64,000 bases of DNA from Octopus vulgaris (Eukaryota). The position numbers and the translations under genes were made by a program. Below the pieces are notes generated by a model. The model worked only from the letters and a program-made list of their open reading frames with translations. It did not search any database and was not told the DNA's origin. Positions 24,971 to 40,725 of this stretch are shown piece after piece (within the stretch, counting starts at the first letter, position 1; the number at the start of each line of letters is the position of its first letter). Location: contig OX597836.1 in the NCBI GenBank assembly GCA_951406725.2, positions 42,594,001 through 42,658,000 of the forward strand, in the 5' to 3' direction.

Positions 24971-25284
24971 AACCGAGTTTTCACAAACATGCTTCTTGCG
25001 AAACATTCCTATATTGCTTGTTTCTAATCTTTCCTGCACCATTTAGTGACCATGTGCTCATGTTGTCGTTGTCACGAAAAACATTATTTATTACCGGTAG
25101 TTTCTCTGCCCGTGGGACTTTTTGTCAAGCAATCCACAGGCAGATCAACCCAAATCCAACAGGCTCATTCATCATTTTGTAGTTCATTTTTATCTGTTTA
25201 TATATATATATATTTTCTTTTCTCTGACTCATCACTGTACGATTTGTCGCTCTTTTGTTGTACAAAAGATCTGGCAGGGGGCTA

Positions 25285-26120
25285 TGTACAGTCACCGGAA
25301 GTAATTTGCACGGACACCGGAAATACATCTGCCATCACCAGAGAAAACAAAGCAACTACCCCCAGCGACTTGCCTGACCTTTCATTGGACAAAAGCTACC
25401 TACCTGCCATTCTATTGGACACTGGCTAAACATCACTGCTGATATTTTTGTATAAATAGACATGATAAATCGCTGTAAAGGTAGTTGGATTTTTAAAGGC
25501 GGCGAGCTGGCAGAAACGTTAGCGCGCCGGGCGAAATGCTTAGCGGTATTTCGTCTGCCGTTACGTTCTGAGTTCAAACTCCGCTGAGGTCGACTTTGCC
25601 TTTCATCCTTTCGGGGTCGATTAAATAAGTACCAGTTACGCACTGGGGTCGATGTAATCGACTTATTCAGTTTCTCTGTCCTTGTTTGTCCCCTCTGTGT
25701 TTAGCTCCTTGTGGGTAGTAAAGAAATAGGTAGTTGGATTTTTGGTACTCGACTGATGTAAATCGGTTCCGTCTCGCCTGCCACGCTCGCCACTCACGCC
25801 GCCTCGAACCTTTGTACTGCTATTTCACGCCTGAAATAAATCGCTGTATAAACTTACACCTCTTGTCTGCTCGTCATTTCAACTACTGCTTTCGTCTGTC
25901 CAGTTTTGCTGATTACGACCACAGTCCTTCTCAGGGCTAATTCAAGCCTGATCTGAATGCGATAACAGTCCTTTTTAGGACTACTCTCAGATCCGATCTA
26001 ATTACGAGAACAGTCGTTTTTAGGACTATTCTTGGATCGGATCTAATTGCGATAACCGTCCTTTTAAGGGCTACCCTCAGATCAGACCAGAAGTAGTGGC
26101 CAAGAATCATACCCGCTACA
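25285..26120 (+). repeat. 3' LTR interrupted by a SINE
   Basis: TG...CA ends. 836 bp minus the 249-bp insertion gives 587 bp. Confidence 0.93.
25495..25727 (+). mobile_element. tRNA-derived SINE (family 1, ggcggcgagctggcagaa...) with target-site duplication
   Basis: aggtagttggattttt duplicated at 25479-25494 and 25728-25743, absent from the 5' LTR. B-box-like gagttcaaa. Confidence 0.92.
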
Positions 26121-26451
26121 TATATATAGATTTTGAAGGCACGTGACTTAAGGACAAAGAGTATTTGTCTCACGGTCAGCCTGGGGCTATAGTAGAAGAC
26201 ACTTGCCCAAGGTGCCACGCAGTGGGACTGAACACGGAACCATGTGAATCCCGTGTAAAGATTAATATTTATATCAGGATATAGAAATTTTAACTAATCT
26301 CGGAGACTGGCAGTTTCATGCTGTTTTTCTTCGTCAGTTTCACACCTAACGTAATTATCACCCGACCATCCTTCCATACAAACACCCCGTTCTGTTTCGC
26401 TCTGACCGACAGAAGAACCAAACACGTCTACATTCACTAAACAAATTATAC

Positions 26452-26889
26452 GGATCTTTTCGTTTTGAACGGCAGTTGGTAACATAATTTCTAGGTAACT
26501 AAAAAGTTTTAAACTTCGGATACTGGCAGAATGTGTTTATAAAACATCTTTTTCTCTTGGTTTTATTGAGAAAATTCTATAGGTTCTAACATATTTCGTC
26601 TGAAAATCCGAGCATTTCGGCAATTTTAACCAATCGATTGAACTAAAATCATTTGCTGCGTCTAAAACTGAGACAACATCCTGTCACTAACCCTCAAACT
26701 AACCCTAACCCTATTTTTTTTTCTTAATTGTAAAATTAAACTACGTTAAACAAACAAATTACAATTTTCTCAAGAAAGCCAAGAGAAAAAAATGTTTTAT
26801 TTTGACACATTCTACCAGTATACGAAGTTTTAAAGTGTTTAGTTAACTAGAAATTGTGTTGAAAACTGCCGTTCAAAAGGAAAAGATCC
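26452..26889. mobile_element. MITE with ~28-bp TIRs (GGATCTTTTC...)
   Basis: TIRs at both ends, internal CCCTAA repeats, flanks aattatac/aattatgc (8-bp TSD-like). Confidence 0.85.
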
Positions 26890-27111
26890 AATTATGCAGA
26901 ATATGCTCTTGAGACAATAATACACCGGGGAGTGTAACAAAGAGAATAATTGGCTCTGATCTACTGGTATGTTTGTTGTAGGCGATTGTTTGTTGACACA
27001 GTGGGAATAGTAAACTACGTGTGTATGTGACTAGGTTTTATGATAGGAGTATGTAGAGGTGGGTCAGGGATACGGAGGTGTCTAGGTTAAGGACCATCTA
27101 GAGTGATTCTG

Positions 27112-27551
27112 GGATCTTTTCGGTTTGAAGGGCAGTTTTTTCTAGCGGTGTCATATGAAATTGTCACCCATAATTATGATCCTAGTATCGATCTATTGCA
27201 TTTCAATCTGTTTTAGGATTAGGGTTAGTTAGGATTAGGGTTAGGGGTGGGGGGAAGAGTATCTTTTTTTCTTCACAAATGTAAATATACCCAATCTGTT
27301 TCTTAAACGAGGGACATATTCAAACGGCACAGAATGTTTCTTTTACCTCAATAGACGTCATTGATTGGTTGAAATTGCAGAAATTGAAGAAAAAAAACAA
27401 CAACAAATATCTTACAAACCATAGAATTTTCTCAATAAAGCCAAGAGAAAAATATGTTTTATAAACACATTCTACCAGTATACGAAGTTTAAAAGTGTTT
27501 AGTTACGTGGAGAATATTTTTTAAAAACTGCCGTTCAAACCGAAAAGATCC
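27112..27551. mobile_element. MITE of the same family
   Basis: ggatcttttcggtttgaa...ttcaaaccgaaaagatcc, internal TTAGGG repeats. Confidence 0.87.
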
Positions 27552-27752
27552 GCTATCTAGAGTGACTCTGTTTTAACGCACCCTTCTTTACCCGAGGGTG
27601 TGAGCCGAGGAAGATTTGGCTGCTATTTCTAGCAGGTCGAGCGACCGAGTAACGAGATTCTTGCTGATTGGTTGAAATTAAATTCGACTTGTTGCAGTTC
27701 AGGATGTAACATGTCCGTGAGTCAGCTTGCCAGATTTTGCCGTACAGGCCGC

Positions 27753-28002
27753 ATACACACACACACGTACACACACACACACACACACACGTACACACAC
27801 ACACACACGAACACACACACACACACACGAGCACACACACGTACACACACAGACACACACACACACACACGTACACACACACGTACACACACACGTACAC
27901 ACACACACACACACGTACACACACACACACACAGACACACACACACGTACACACACACACGTACACACACACGTACACACTCACACACGCAGACACACAC
28001 AC
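27753..28002. repeat. Interrupted (CA)n microsatellite
   Basis: Directly visible. Confidence 0.95.
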
Positions 28003-28709
28003 TCGTCTCTCACTCATACATTCTCAGGCGATCATTCATTTTGAGTACGCAATAAAAACGAATATCCGTTAGTTTCCGATGGACGCTTGGAAGAAGCTAT
28101 TGAGTGTACGTGTGTGTGTGTGTATGTGTGTGAGTGTGAGTGCGAGCATGCTTTTTCTGTATTTATTTATCTATGTGTACGGAATGTTTGTTCCTTCACA
28201 AGCCACCACTGGCTCATAAGGACCGGTTTCCCGGTTTCCTTGGTGTATAGGTTCCCCACCTGGACGGGACGCTGGTCCGTCGCAGGTGAGCTGCAAGATG
28301 CAGGAGGAAAGAGTGAGAGAAAGTTGTGGCGAAAGAGTCAGCAGAAGTTTCGCCATTACCTTCTGCCGGAGCCGCGTGGAGCTTAGATGTTTTCGCTCAT
28401 AAACACACACATCGCCTGGTCTGAGATTCGAACCCGTGATCCCTCGACCGCGAGTCCGTTGCTCTAACCACTAAGCCACGAACCTCCACGTATGGAGGTC
28501 GCATTTTAAACTTGGAGAAAAAAAAAGCCTCGTATATTTGTTGTTACCTGCTACATGTGCGTATGTAAAATCTCGTTTTCTTCTAGGAAATTTACAGATT
28601 TTTACACACACACCTGAACCAGGTAAGAACAAATGTGCAAGGCTTTTTTTTCTCCAATTTTAAAATGCGACATTGTTTTTGTTATATCTACTTTCCACAC
28701 AGAAGTGGT

Positions 28710-29090
28710 GGAAGCACAATGGTCCAGTGGTTAGGGCAACGAACTCGCGGTCAGAGGATCGCGGTTTCGATTCCCAGACCGGGCATTGTGAGTGTTTATT
28801 GAGCGAAAACACCTAAAGCTCCACGATGCTCCGGCAGAGGGTTGTGGTGAACCCTGTTGTACTCACCACAACTTTATCTCGCCCTTTCTTCCTGTTTCTC
28901 TTGTACCTGTATTTCAAAGGGTCAGCCTTGTCACATTCTGTGTGTCACGCTGAATATCCCCGAGAACTACGTTAAGGGTACACGTGTCTGTTGAGTGCTC
29001 AGCCACTTGCATGTTAATATCACGAGCAAGTTGTTCCGTTGATCGTATCAGCTGGGACCCTCATCGTCGCAACCGACGGAGTGCTCCTAC
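28710..29090 (+). mobile_element. tRNA-derived SINE family 3 (ggcgcaatggcccagtggttagggc...)
   Basis: A/B-box-like head. Related copies near 15880, 28200-28490 (-), 59579-59890 and 60615-60925 (-). Confidence 0.75.
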
Positions 29091-29113
29091 TACTACACAC
29101 ATAAATACATAAG

Positions 29114-29146
<33 letters not shown>

Positions 29147-29339
29147 GAACACGCACGTACGTACACCCATTAGTTTCCACTGCCACGCGTCAGACAGAAC
29201 AAGCACGCAGTTGTCAAGGCAACAAGTGATTACGGAAACTAACAGAGTTTTTTTTTGTTTTTTGTTTTTTTGTGTCGTCTCAAAACGAATGATCGCCCAT
29301 TCTCATTTACATGCGCTAAGCATTTCGATCGGCGTGCTA

Positions 29340-29946
29340 ACGATTCTTATTTCTTTACTGCCCGCAAGGGGCTACACACAGAGGGGACAAACAAGGACAG
29401 ACAAACGGATTAAGTCGATTACATCAATCCTAGTGCGTAAATGGTACTTAATTTATCGACCCCGAAAGGATAAAAGGCAAAGTCGACCTCGGCGGAATTT
29501 GAACTCAGAACGTAACGGCAGACGAAATACCTATTTCTTTACTACCCACAAGGGGCTAAACACAGAGGGGACAAACAAGGACAAACAAAAGGATTAAGTC
29601 GATTACATCGACCCCAGTGCAAAACTGGTACTTATCGACCTCGAAAGGATGAAAGGCAAAGTCGACCTCGGCGGAATTTGAACTCAGAACGTAGCGGCAA
29701 ACGAAATACCTATTTCTTTACTACCCACAAGGCGCTAAACACAGAGGGGACAAACAAGAACAGACAAAAGGATTAAGTTGATTACATCGACCCCAGTGCG
29801 TAACTGGTACTCAATTTATCGACCCAGAAAGGATAAAAGGCAAAGTCGACCTCGGCAGAATTTGAACTCAGAATGTAGCAACAGACGAAATACCACTAGG
29901 CATTTAACCTGATGTGGGCGTGCTAACGGTTCTGCCAGCTCGCCAT
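29340..29946 (-). mobile_element. Tandemly reiterated SINE family 1 (three ~185-bp units)
   Basis: Reverse complement of the 25495 SINE body repeated three times. Confidence 0.85.
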
Positions 29947-29949
29947 CTT

Positions 29950-32674
<2,725 letters not shown>

Positions 32675-32678
<4 letters not shown>

Positions 32679-33260
32679 TCTTTTATTGGCCACAAGGGCC
32701 GAACATAAAATAAATAGGGATGACACAATACAAGGGACAAGTGGGGTGTTGAACAATACGTTCTTCACGATGGACTCAGCTGATAACCAGATCTGTCCTG
32801 CACGCGACAACAGTTGTTTGACAAAGCTCCACAAGTCTGTAATGCACAGACACTGGACAAGTGCATGCAGGACGGTTTCATCGCCCTGTGGACATTTCGG
32901 ACAGGTCTGACTGCACTTCTGTGTCTGTAATGCTTGTCTCGAACTGGCAGAGCTCCCCAGTAGCACTGTCAGGCCTGGAATTTCTGGAAGATATCCATAG
33001 GCCCCAACCTCAAAGTCCTCTGAAAAGACCATATGTCTTCGGCTGTTATCAGCATTTTGCTGAGAGGTGTGGCATGCCATTGAAGGAGGAGGTGAAAGCC
33101 ACCTCCATCCCTAACACACATCGCACCCCAAACAGTTCGACAAAGTGCTGCTGAAACTTCATACACATCTGTGTGGATTCATGTAGGATACACCCGTCCC
33201 GGTCCATGAAGGACCGAGTTGTGGCTTTGTTGCCATGTTGAACCTCTGTACACACATTTT
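32675..33260 (-). mobile_element. L1/Tx1-like LINE fragment (C-terminal zinc knuckle)
   Basis: CPKCPQGDETVLHALVQC CCHC motif in ORF 32562-33080. Confidence 0.6.
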
Positions 33261-33489
33261 AAGCTCTTGGCAATATCTACTCTACTCTTTTACTTGTTTC
33301 AGTCAGTTGACTGCGGTCATGCTGGAGCACCACCTTTAATCGAGCAACTCGACCCCGGGACTTATTCCTTGTAAGCCCAGTACTTATTCTGTCGGTCTCT
33401 TTTGCCGAACCGCTAAGTGATGGGGACATAAACACACCAGCATCGGTTGTCAAGTAATGCTAGGGGGACAAACACAGACACACAAACAC

Positions 33490-33592
<103 letters not shown>

Positions 33593-33769
33593 CATCTATA
33601 CGACGGGCTTCTTTCAGTTTCCGTCTACCAAATCCAATCACAAGGCATTGGTCGGTCTGTCAATCACTCACACGTTCAATCATTAAAAAAGTAAATATAA
33701 ATGCCCATGAACAAGTATGCGTCCAAAAAACATGCATGCGATAGGTGTACGTAGGTAAGTTTTGTGTAA

Positions 33770-33823
<54 letters not shown>

Positions 33824-33928
33824 GCAGCCACTCATCCATACATAACCTCTCTCTCTCTCTCTCTCTCTTCCCTTTCAATCACTCACACATTCACTCACTA
33901 CAAAAAGGGAATAAAAAAATTTCAGTTT

Positions 33929-34002
<74 letters not shown>

Positions 34003-34267
34003 ACACACACCAGCACTACACTAACAAAAGAACTTCACATACACACCACACTTTCTGTCTTGCACACCCCATTAAACACAAACACACACACACACACACA
34101 CGCACACGGCACGCCAGCTTCGAGAGAAATTCCCTGATCGAATCGTGCTCTCTCAGTCGCTTTCGCTTTCACTCCGACTTCAAAAGATCCCCTTTCCCCT
34201 CACACAACATATGTAAAAAAAAAAAAAAAAATTACGGAAAACGAACGATCTTCATCAGAAACATAAA

Positions 34268-34651
34268 CAGGCGCAGGAGTGGCTGTGTGGTAAGTAGCTT
34301 GCTAACCAACCACATGGTTCCGGGTTCAGTCCCACTGCGTGGCATCTTGGGCAAGTGTCTTCTACTATAGCCTCGGGCCGACCAAAGCCTTGTGAGTGAA
34401 TTTGTATATATATATATATATGCATATGTATGTGTGTGCGTGAGTTTGTGTGTCTGTGTTTGTCCTCCTAGCATTGCTTGACAACCGATGCTGGTGTGTT
34501 TACGTCCCCGTCACTTAGCGGTTCGGCAAAAGAGAGCGATAGAATAAGTACTGGGCTTACAAAAGAATAAGTCCCGGGGTCGATTTGCTCGACTAAAGGC
34601 GGTGCTCCAGCATGGCCGCAGTCAAATGACTGAAACAAGTAAAAGAGTAAA
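34268..34651 (+). mobile_element. tRNA-derived SINE family 2 (ggcgcaggagtggctgtgtggtaag... aaagagt tail)
   Basis: More than 10 copies: ~35459-36347, 38643-39055 (-), 40512-41125, 47596-47980 (-), 48761-49155, 50462-51058 (-), 51523-51935 (-), 55645-56031, 60069-60489 (-). Confidence 0.88.
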
Positions 34652-34834
34652 TACACGTGTTTTAAGAAGTTCATTAACACGGTCCTCATACCGAAAGATC
34701 GCCCTTCTTTGAATTTTCAATCTGATGTAATGCACACTCTCGAAAACACATTTCTGCAAAATCTTATCTAAAAATGGTGATGCCCTAAAAATATGGGTAA
34801 AGAAAGAAACAGCAAAAGAATATTTGAGAATGAT

Positions 34835-35392
34835 GGGGGGGGGGAATTTCCGAGGGTTGTACCCCTACCTCACCCTGTTTTCCGGACCAAGAAAGGGGTT
34901 TTATGGCATATTAGGAGGTCACCGGAATTCATTCAATGAAAAAAAAAAAAAAAAATTCCAATTATTCCGGGATAAGGGAGGGGTCCGGTTTTCCACCCCA
35001 TTTTTTTCCCGAACGAAAATAAGGGGTTTGTAGCATATGAGAAGTCAGGGTACTTGATTCCACCCAAAACACCTTACTTTTTTTTTCTTATTGAAAATCG
35101 CGCGGGTATACTTCCCAATGGCGGTGGGGGTGAAATTTCCGAGCCTTCCATCCCACCCCATTTTCCGGATTCCCAGTTGGTTGAGTTTTGTGGCATATTA
35201 GGGGGCCACTGGAATTCTTTCAAAGAAAAAAAAAATTCCAATGATTTCGGGATTAGAGGGGTCCGGTTTCCCACCCACTTTTTTTCCGAACAAAAAAAAA
35301 TGGGGGTTACAGCATATTAGGAGGTCAGGGTACTTGATTCCATCCAAAAAATATGAAGTTTTTTTTTTTTTTCTTAGTGAAAATCGTACGGG
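34835..35392. repeat. Diverged tandem duplication, ~285-bp unit
   Basis: 34835-35106 aligns with 35125-35392 (shared tggcatatta, ggggtccggttt, gtcagggtacttgattcca, gaaaatcg). Confidence 0.8.
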
Positions 35393-37476
35393 AGAAAGGA
35401 TCAAATAATACCGACAGGTGTCCCATTTAATGAATAAACGGATATGAAAAGTAAATATAGGCGTAGGAGTGGGTGTGTGGTAAGTTGCTTGCTTACGAGC
35501 CACATGGTTCCGGGTTCAGTCCCACTACGTGACACTTTGGGCAAGTGTCTTCTACTATAGCCTCGGGCCGACCAAAGCCTTGTGAGTGGATTTGGTAGAC
35601 GGAAACTGAAAGAAGCCCGTCGTATATATGTATATATATATATGTAATACTAAGTAATTAAGTAGAAAGAATAGCCAAAACTTTTTGACTGCTATTTCTA
35701 AATTCGGTGTGTGGTGAGGCAAATCGTTGCTAAACCCTTAATTACTTAGTATTACTTAAACCTTCCTTGAATGGGGCTTTTACATGCCGAAATCTACTTG
35801 GTGAAATTAATGATTATTCCAAATTAATTAGTTTCACCCTATATTATTATTGATATATATATATATATATATATATGTATGCGCGTGTGTGTTTGTGTGT
35901 CTGTGTTTGTCCCCCCCCCTCCAACATCTATTTCTTTACTACCCACAAGGGGCTAAACACAGAGGGGACAAACAAGGACAGACATAGGTATTAAATCGAT
36001 TACATCGACCCCAGTGCGTAACTGGTACTTAATTTATCGACCCCGAAAGGATGAAAGGCAAAGTCGACCTCGGCGTAATTCGAACTCACAACCTAACGCA
36101 GACGAAATACCGCAAAGCATTTCGCCCGGTGTGCTAACGTTTCTGCCAGCACCCCACCCCCCAACATCGCTTGACAACCGATGCTGATGTATTTACGTCC
36201 CCGTAACTAAGCGGTTCGGCAAAAGAAGGCCGATAGAATAAGTACTAGGCTTACAAAGAATCAGTCCCGGGGTCGATTTGCTCGACTAAAAGGCAGTGCT
36301 CCAGCTTGGCCGCAGCCATATGACTGAAACAAGTAAAAGAATAAAGAGAATACATTCCGCTGTTGTGTTTATAATTGAGTTTTTTCTCCTACCAAGCCCA
36401 CACACGCACACTTCTCCCCCGCTCTCTCTCTCTCTGCCAAGTGGTCGAAGGAAACTGAGAAAAGAGTTACAAACAGTCAAACTGTTTTTGTTCTTTGAAA
36501 AAAAACCAAACTCAAAACGAAACTATTTCAAAGCTGGCTCGCCTTCTCACAAAACACCAAACGAATAAAGAATACTGGTCAGGTTTTCTTCGAGGATTTA
36601 TTTATTTAAAAAGTAAGTTTCTTTAACTTTATAATTACGTGGAGTTGTGTCGTGTGGACTTACAATCACATATTTAAGCCGTTAGTAACCTGTCCCGTTC
36701 AGTCATCTACGCACTCACCCATTAATATTGTGTTGAATATGGTTTCACTGAGAAAAAAGTTAAGGGCTATTTAGCTGTTGTTTTTAGCATATCTCACGAC
36801 CGTCTGATACCTTCCTTATTCGTTTAATATTTGGTGTTAATTACGACAAGTTCTCTCCGGCACCAATAAGCAAGTTAATAAGCCAAATGGGTGTAGAAAG
36901 ATCTGTATTTATTTTAAAGTATAAGCATAGTTTGCGGGTTAGAAGAATGTTTTACGGTATAAAAAAAATGCCCCGAGGAGGTGAACGACATCAGGAACCG
37001 TTATATATCCTTCTGTGATGTCAGGAACATGGGTTGTAGTCTTGCAGCCTCTAAAATAAACTTAAGAAGTCGCTGGGTTGGCGGTGTTTGGCCCGTGTGA
37101 AAAATAAACGAGCGACGAATTGTTCCAAGTAGCTGGGTCTCATTCTTTTCCAGGCTTCCCCATAAACACTCAGTATTTTGATCGTGGATAGAAAGGTAGG
37201 ATCTTCCGAGAGGGATACCGTTTGAAAACTATTAATATAAAATTACGTGAAAAGATAACCATTTTCCTCAAAGTTATGGGGGAAAAAATCGGACCTTGTG
37301 AATCTTCCGAAAGTCTTCTCTCCACTCCCTCGGAAAAGATTTTCCCCCATAAATTTCGGCGGAGGTCAAGAATACGTACACCATCCGTTTTCGGCGTAAC
37401 CAAAACCTTAAACCTAAACCTTAACTCCTAACCGTAACCCTAAACCCCGGGTGTACGTATTCTTTACTTTCGCCTA

Positions 37477-37516
<40 letters not shown>

Positions 37517-37517
37517 C

Positions 37518-38208
37518 GACGAGAAGGTTTCACTTTGAAGTCGGCCTGTGTGTGTTTGATGGGGTGTGGGAGACAGACAGTATGTTGTGTAAGTGAAGTG
37601 CTTCTGTTAGTGTGTGTGAAGAGACAGACATACATATACACATACACCGAGTAAAAAATTACTATGAATCGGCCATACATACATACATACACACACACAC
37701 ATACATAGATACATACACACACACACATACATACATACATACACACACACATACTTACACACACACATAGATACATACACACACACACATACATGCAGAC
37801 ATACATATACACATACACCGAGTAAAAAATTACGATGAATCGGCCATACATACATACATACACACACACATACTTACACACACACACATACATAGATACA
37901 TACACACACACACACATACATGCATACATACATATACACATACACCGAGTAAAAAATCAGTTATCTCTCTCTTTTACACATTACTCTCTCTGTCTCTTCA
38001 CACACACTAACAGAAGCACTTCACTTACACAACATACTGTCTGTCTCCCACACCCCATCAAACACACACAGGCCGATTTCAAAGTGAAACCTTCTCGTCA
38101 TAAAATCGCTTCCTCTTAGTCTCTTTCGCTCTCATTACTTATGTAAAAAAATAAAAGTTTTTTACGGAAATCGACGGAAATCTGATCTACGACATGCGAA
38201 ACTTCGCC

Positions 38209-38248
<40 letters not shown>

Positions 38249-39877
38249 TTATGTTCAGTTAAAATTAAAACAGTTTTATACTAAATTGGATAGTTGCCCC
38301 ATACTTTTGAAGAGTTCAGATTTATTATTCTTTAAGCCGTCACCGGACAACCCAATTAGGATTTAGGTGGCGGAGGTAAAAGACATGGACCGTACCCCCT
38401 TTCGGTTTTTTGGGGGTTTTTTCACTAAAGAAACCCACTAATTTACCTCCACCAAAAACACTTTCCTTTCATCATGAACAAAAAATCTGTAAACAACAGC
38501 CAGAGCGATCACAATTACGTGAATCAAAACAAACAAAAACCTCAGCAATTATTTTCCGCTACGAAATGAGGCCGAGTAAGTACAAAAACAGGCATGGCTA
38601 TTGAGAGTAAGCGAAAAGTTTCGAAAGTGAAAGATAAACCATTTACTCTTTACTCTTTTACTTGTTTCAGTCATTTGACTGCGGCCATGCCGGAGCACCG
38701 CCTTTAGTCGAGCAAATCGAACCCGGGACTTATTCTTTTGTAAGCCCAGTACTTATTCTATCGGTTCTCTTTTGCCGAACCGCTAAGTGAACGGGGACGT
38801 AAACACACCAGCATCGGTTGTCAAGCAATGCTAGGGGGACAAACACAGACACACACACGCATATATATATATATATATATAGATATATACGACGGGCTTC
38901 TTTCAGTTTCCGTCTACCAAATCCACTCACAAGGCTTTGGTCGGCCCGAGGCTATAGAAGAAAGACACTTGCCCAAGATGCCACGCAGTGGGACTGAACC
39001 CGGAACCATGTGGTTGGTTAGCAAGCTACATACCACACAGACACTCCTGCGCCTATTTTTGTAATTCCTGTAAATTTATGTAAATTATGTAATTCATTTG
39101 TTTCTGTCGTCGGACTACAGCAATGTTGGGACACCACATTGAAGGGTTTTAGGTGAACAAAGACCCCAGTACACATTTTTGTTTTGCAAGTTTGGTGTCT
39201 GTTCTTGCGGTTGCTTACGTCAAACCGAAATGTTACAAGAATAAGAGCAAAAGAATAATGGTTGCTAAACCTACACATTCATCCATTATTCTCGAACAAG
39301 AATAGTAGTTTTGACTGTAATTTCGATGTTTCGGTCACCCTAAATCGGCAGAAATAAAGGACATGGGCCTCACCCCTTTCGATTTTTGGGGTTTTTTTTT
39401 TTTTTTCTACTGAAACCCATCTTTTCGACTGCGGAGATTCCAAATCTGCAAAATAAAAAAAGGGGTGATCTTTCGTCTCTAGTAGAACTTTCCGTCGATT
39501 TCCGTAAAAATTTTTTTTTTTTTACATATGGGCTTGCGGGAACTTTTGAAGTAATGAGAGCGAAAGAGACTAAGAGAAAGCGATTGTATGACGAGGGAAG
39601 TTCTTTTGAAGTTACCGTCCAGGGGAGCATTGATGTACATGTGTGTGTGTGTGTGTGTTTGTTGGGGTGTGCGAGACAGACAGTATGTTGTGTAAGTGAA
39701 GTGCTTCTGTTAGTGTGTGTGAAGAGACAGAGTAATGTGTGAAAGAAAGAGATAACTGAAATTTTTACTCGGTGTATATGTATGTATATTACTTCAAAAG
39801 TTCCCGCAAGCCCATATGTAAAAAAAAAAAAAATTTTTACGGAAATCGACGGAAAGGTCTACTAGAGACGAAAGATC
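37518..39877. repeat. Nested inverted duplications of one non-coding module
   Basis: 37518-37628 rc 37990-38099; 37935-38180 rc 39488-39780; 39467-39555 rc 39788-39877. Confidence 0.85.
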
Positions 39878-40683
39878 GCCAAAAAAAAAGAAAAAGAAAA
39901 AAGAAATCGGCATTACAAAATTTTAATTCCCCCTACCCCACCCCACCAATTTTTTACTTTTTTTTTAAATTGCGGGGGGGGGGGCAAGATACGTAGTAAA
40001 AAAACGGAGACTATGATTATGAAAAAAGAAATTTGTAAAATTTCAAGTTTTCAGGAAAAAAGTAAAAATAAATAAATAAACACCTAAAATAACAAACATG
40101 GAAAGTATTCTAAACAGAAAACTCGACATGCTAAAAACAGCAGCTAAACGACGAATCACGTTTTCAAAATTTTCATTTCCCCCCACCCCACTTTTTTTCC
40201 TTTGCCAGAGGGGTGGAGAGGAGGAAAATTTAAATTTTGAAAACGTGTTTTGGGCGTTTTCAAAATCTGTAATTTTTAAGTACGCTCCAACCGGAAAAAG
40301 TCTGACAAGCTAGAAACAACAGCCAAATCGAAGATCCATTTTCTAAACACGAATTACCAAAAAAGAAAAAAAATTTTAAATATCATTTTGTTGGGGAAGA
40401 CTTTCTCCCCCCACCCCCATTTTCTCGCAATTTATTTTTCCAAAAACCCCCTGGCTGCAGTCTAATGACTGAAACAAAAAGATATTTCTATATATATTGA
40501 CATTTCTACACGTAGGAGTGGCTGTGTGGTAAGTAGCTTGCTTACCAACCACATGGTTCCGAGTTCATTCCCACTGCGTGGTACCTTGGGCAAGTGTCTT
40601 CTACTATAGCCTCAGGCCGACCAAAGTCTTGTGAGTGGATTTGGTAGATGGAAACTGAAAGAAGCCCATCATATATATGTATA

Positions 40684-40725
<42 letters not shown>

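Larger units (their letters stand above)
20323..26120 (+). mobile_element. Full-length, decayed Ty3/Gypsy LTR retrotransposon (Mag-like gag)
   Basis: LTRs 20323-20909 and 25285-26120 (587 bp excluding the SINE), PBS TGGTGACCCCGAC, PPT ggcagggggcta, tata(ta) flanks. Order gag (CWYH..FG..A..C..PC), protease DTG, RT YIDD, RNase H, integrase. Confidence 0.96.

Noticed and set aside
27218-27246. TTAGGG repeats as a telomere or fusion site
   Set aside because: Only a few units, and they are an internal part of a MITE present three times in the window.
28710-28790. tRNA-like sequences at SINE heads (also 15880, 34268, 59579)
   Set aside because: A/B-box heads continue into SINE bodies and tails and do not form complete cloverleaves.
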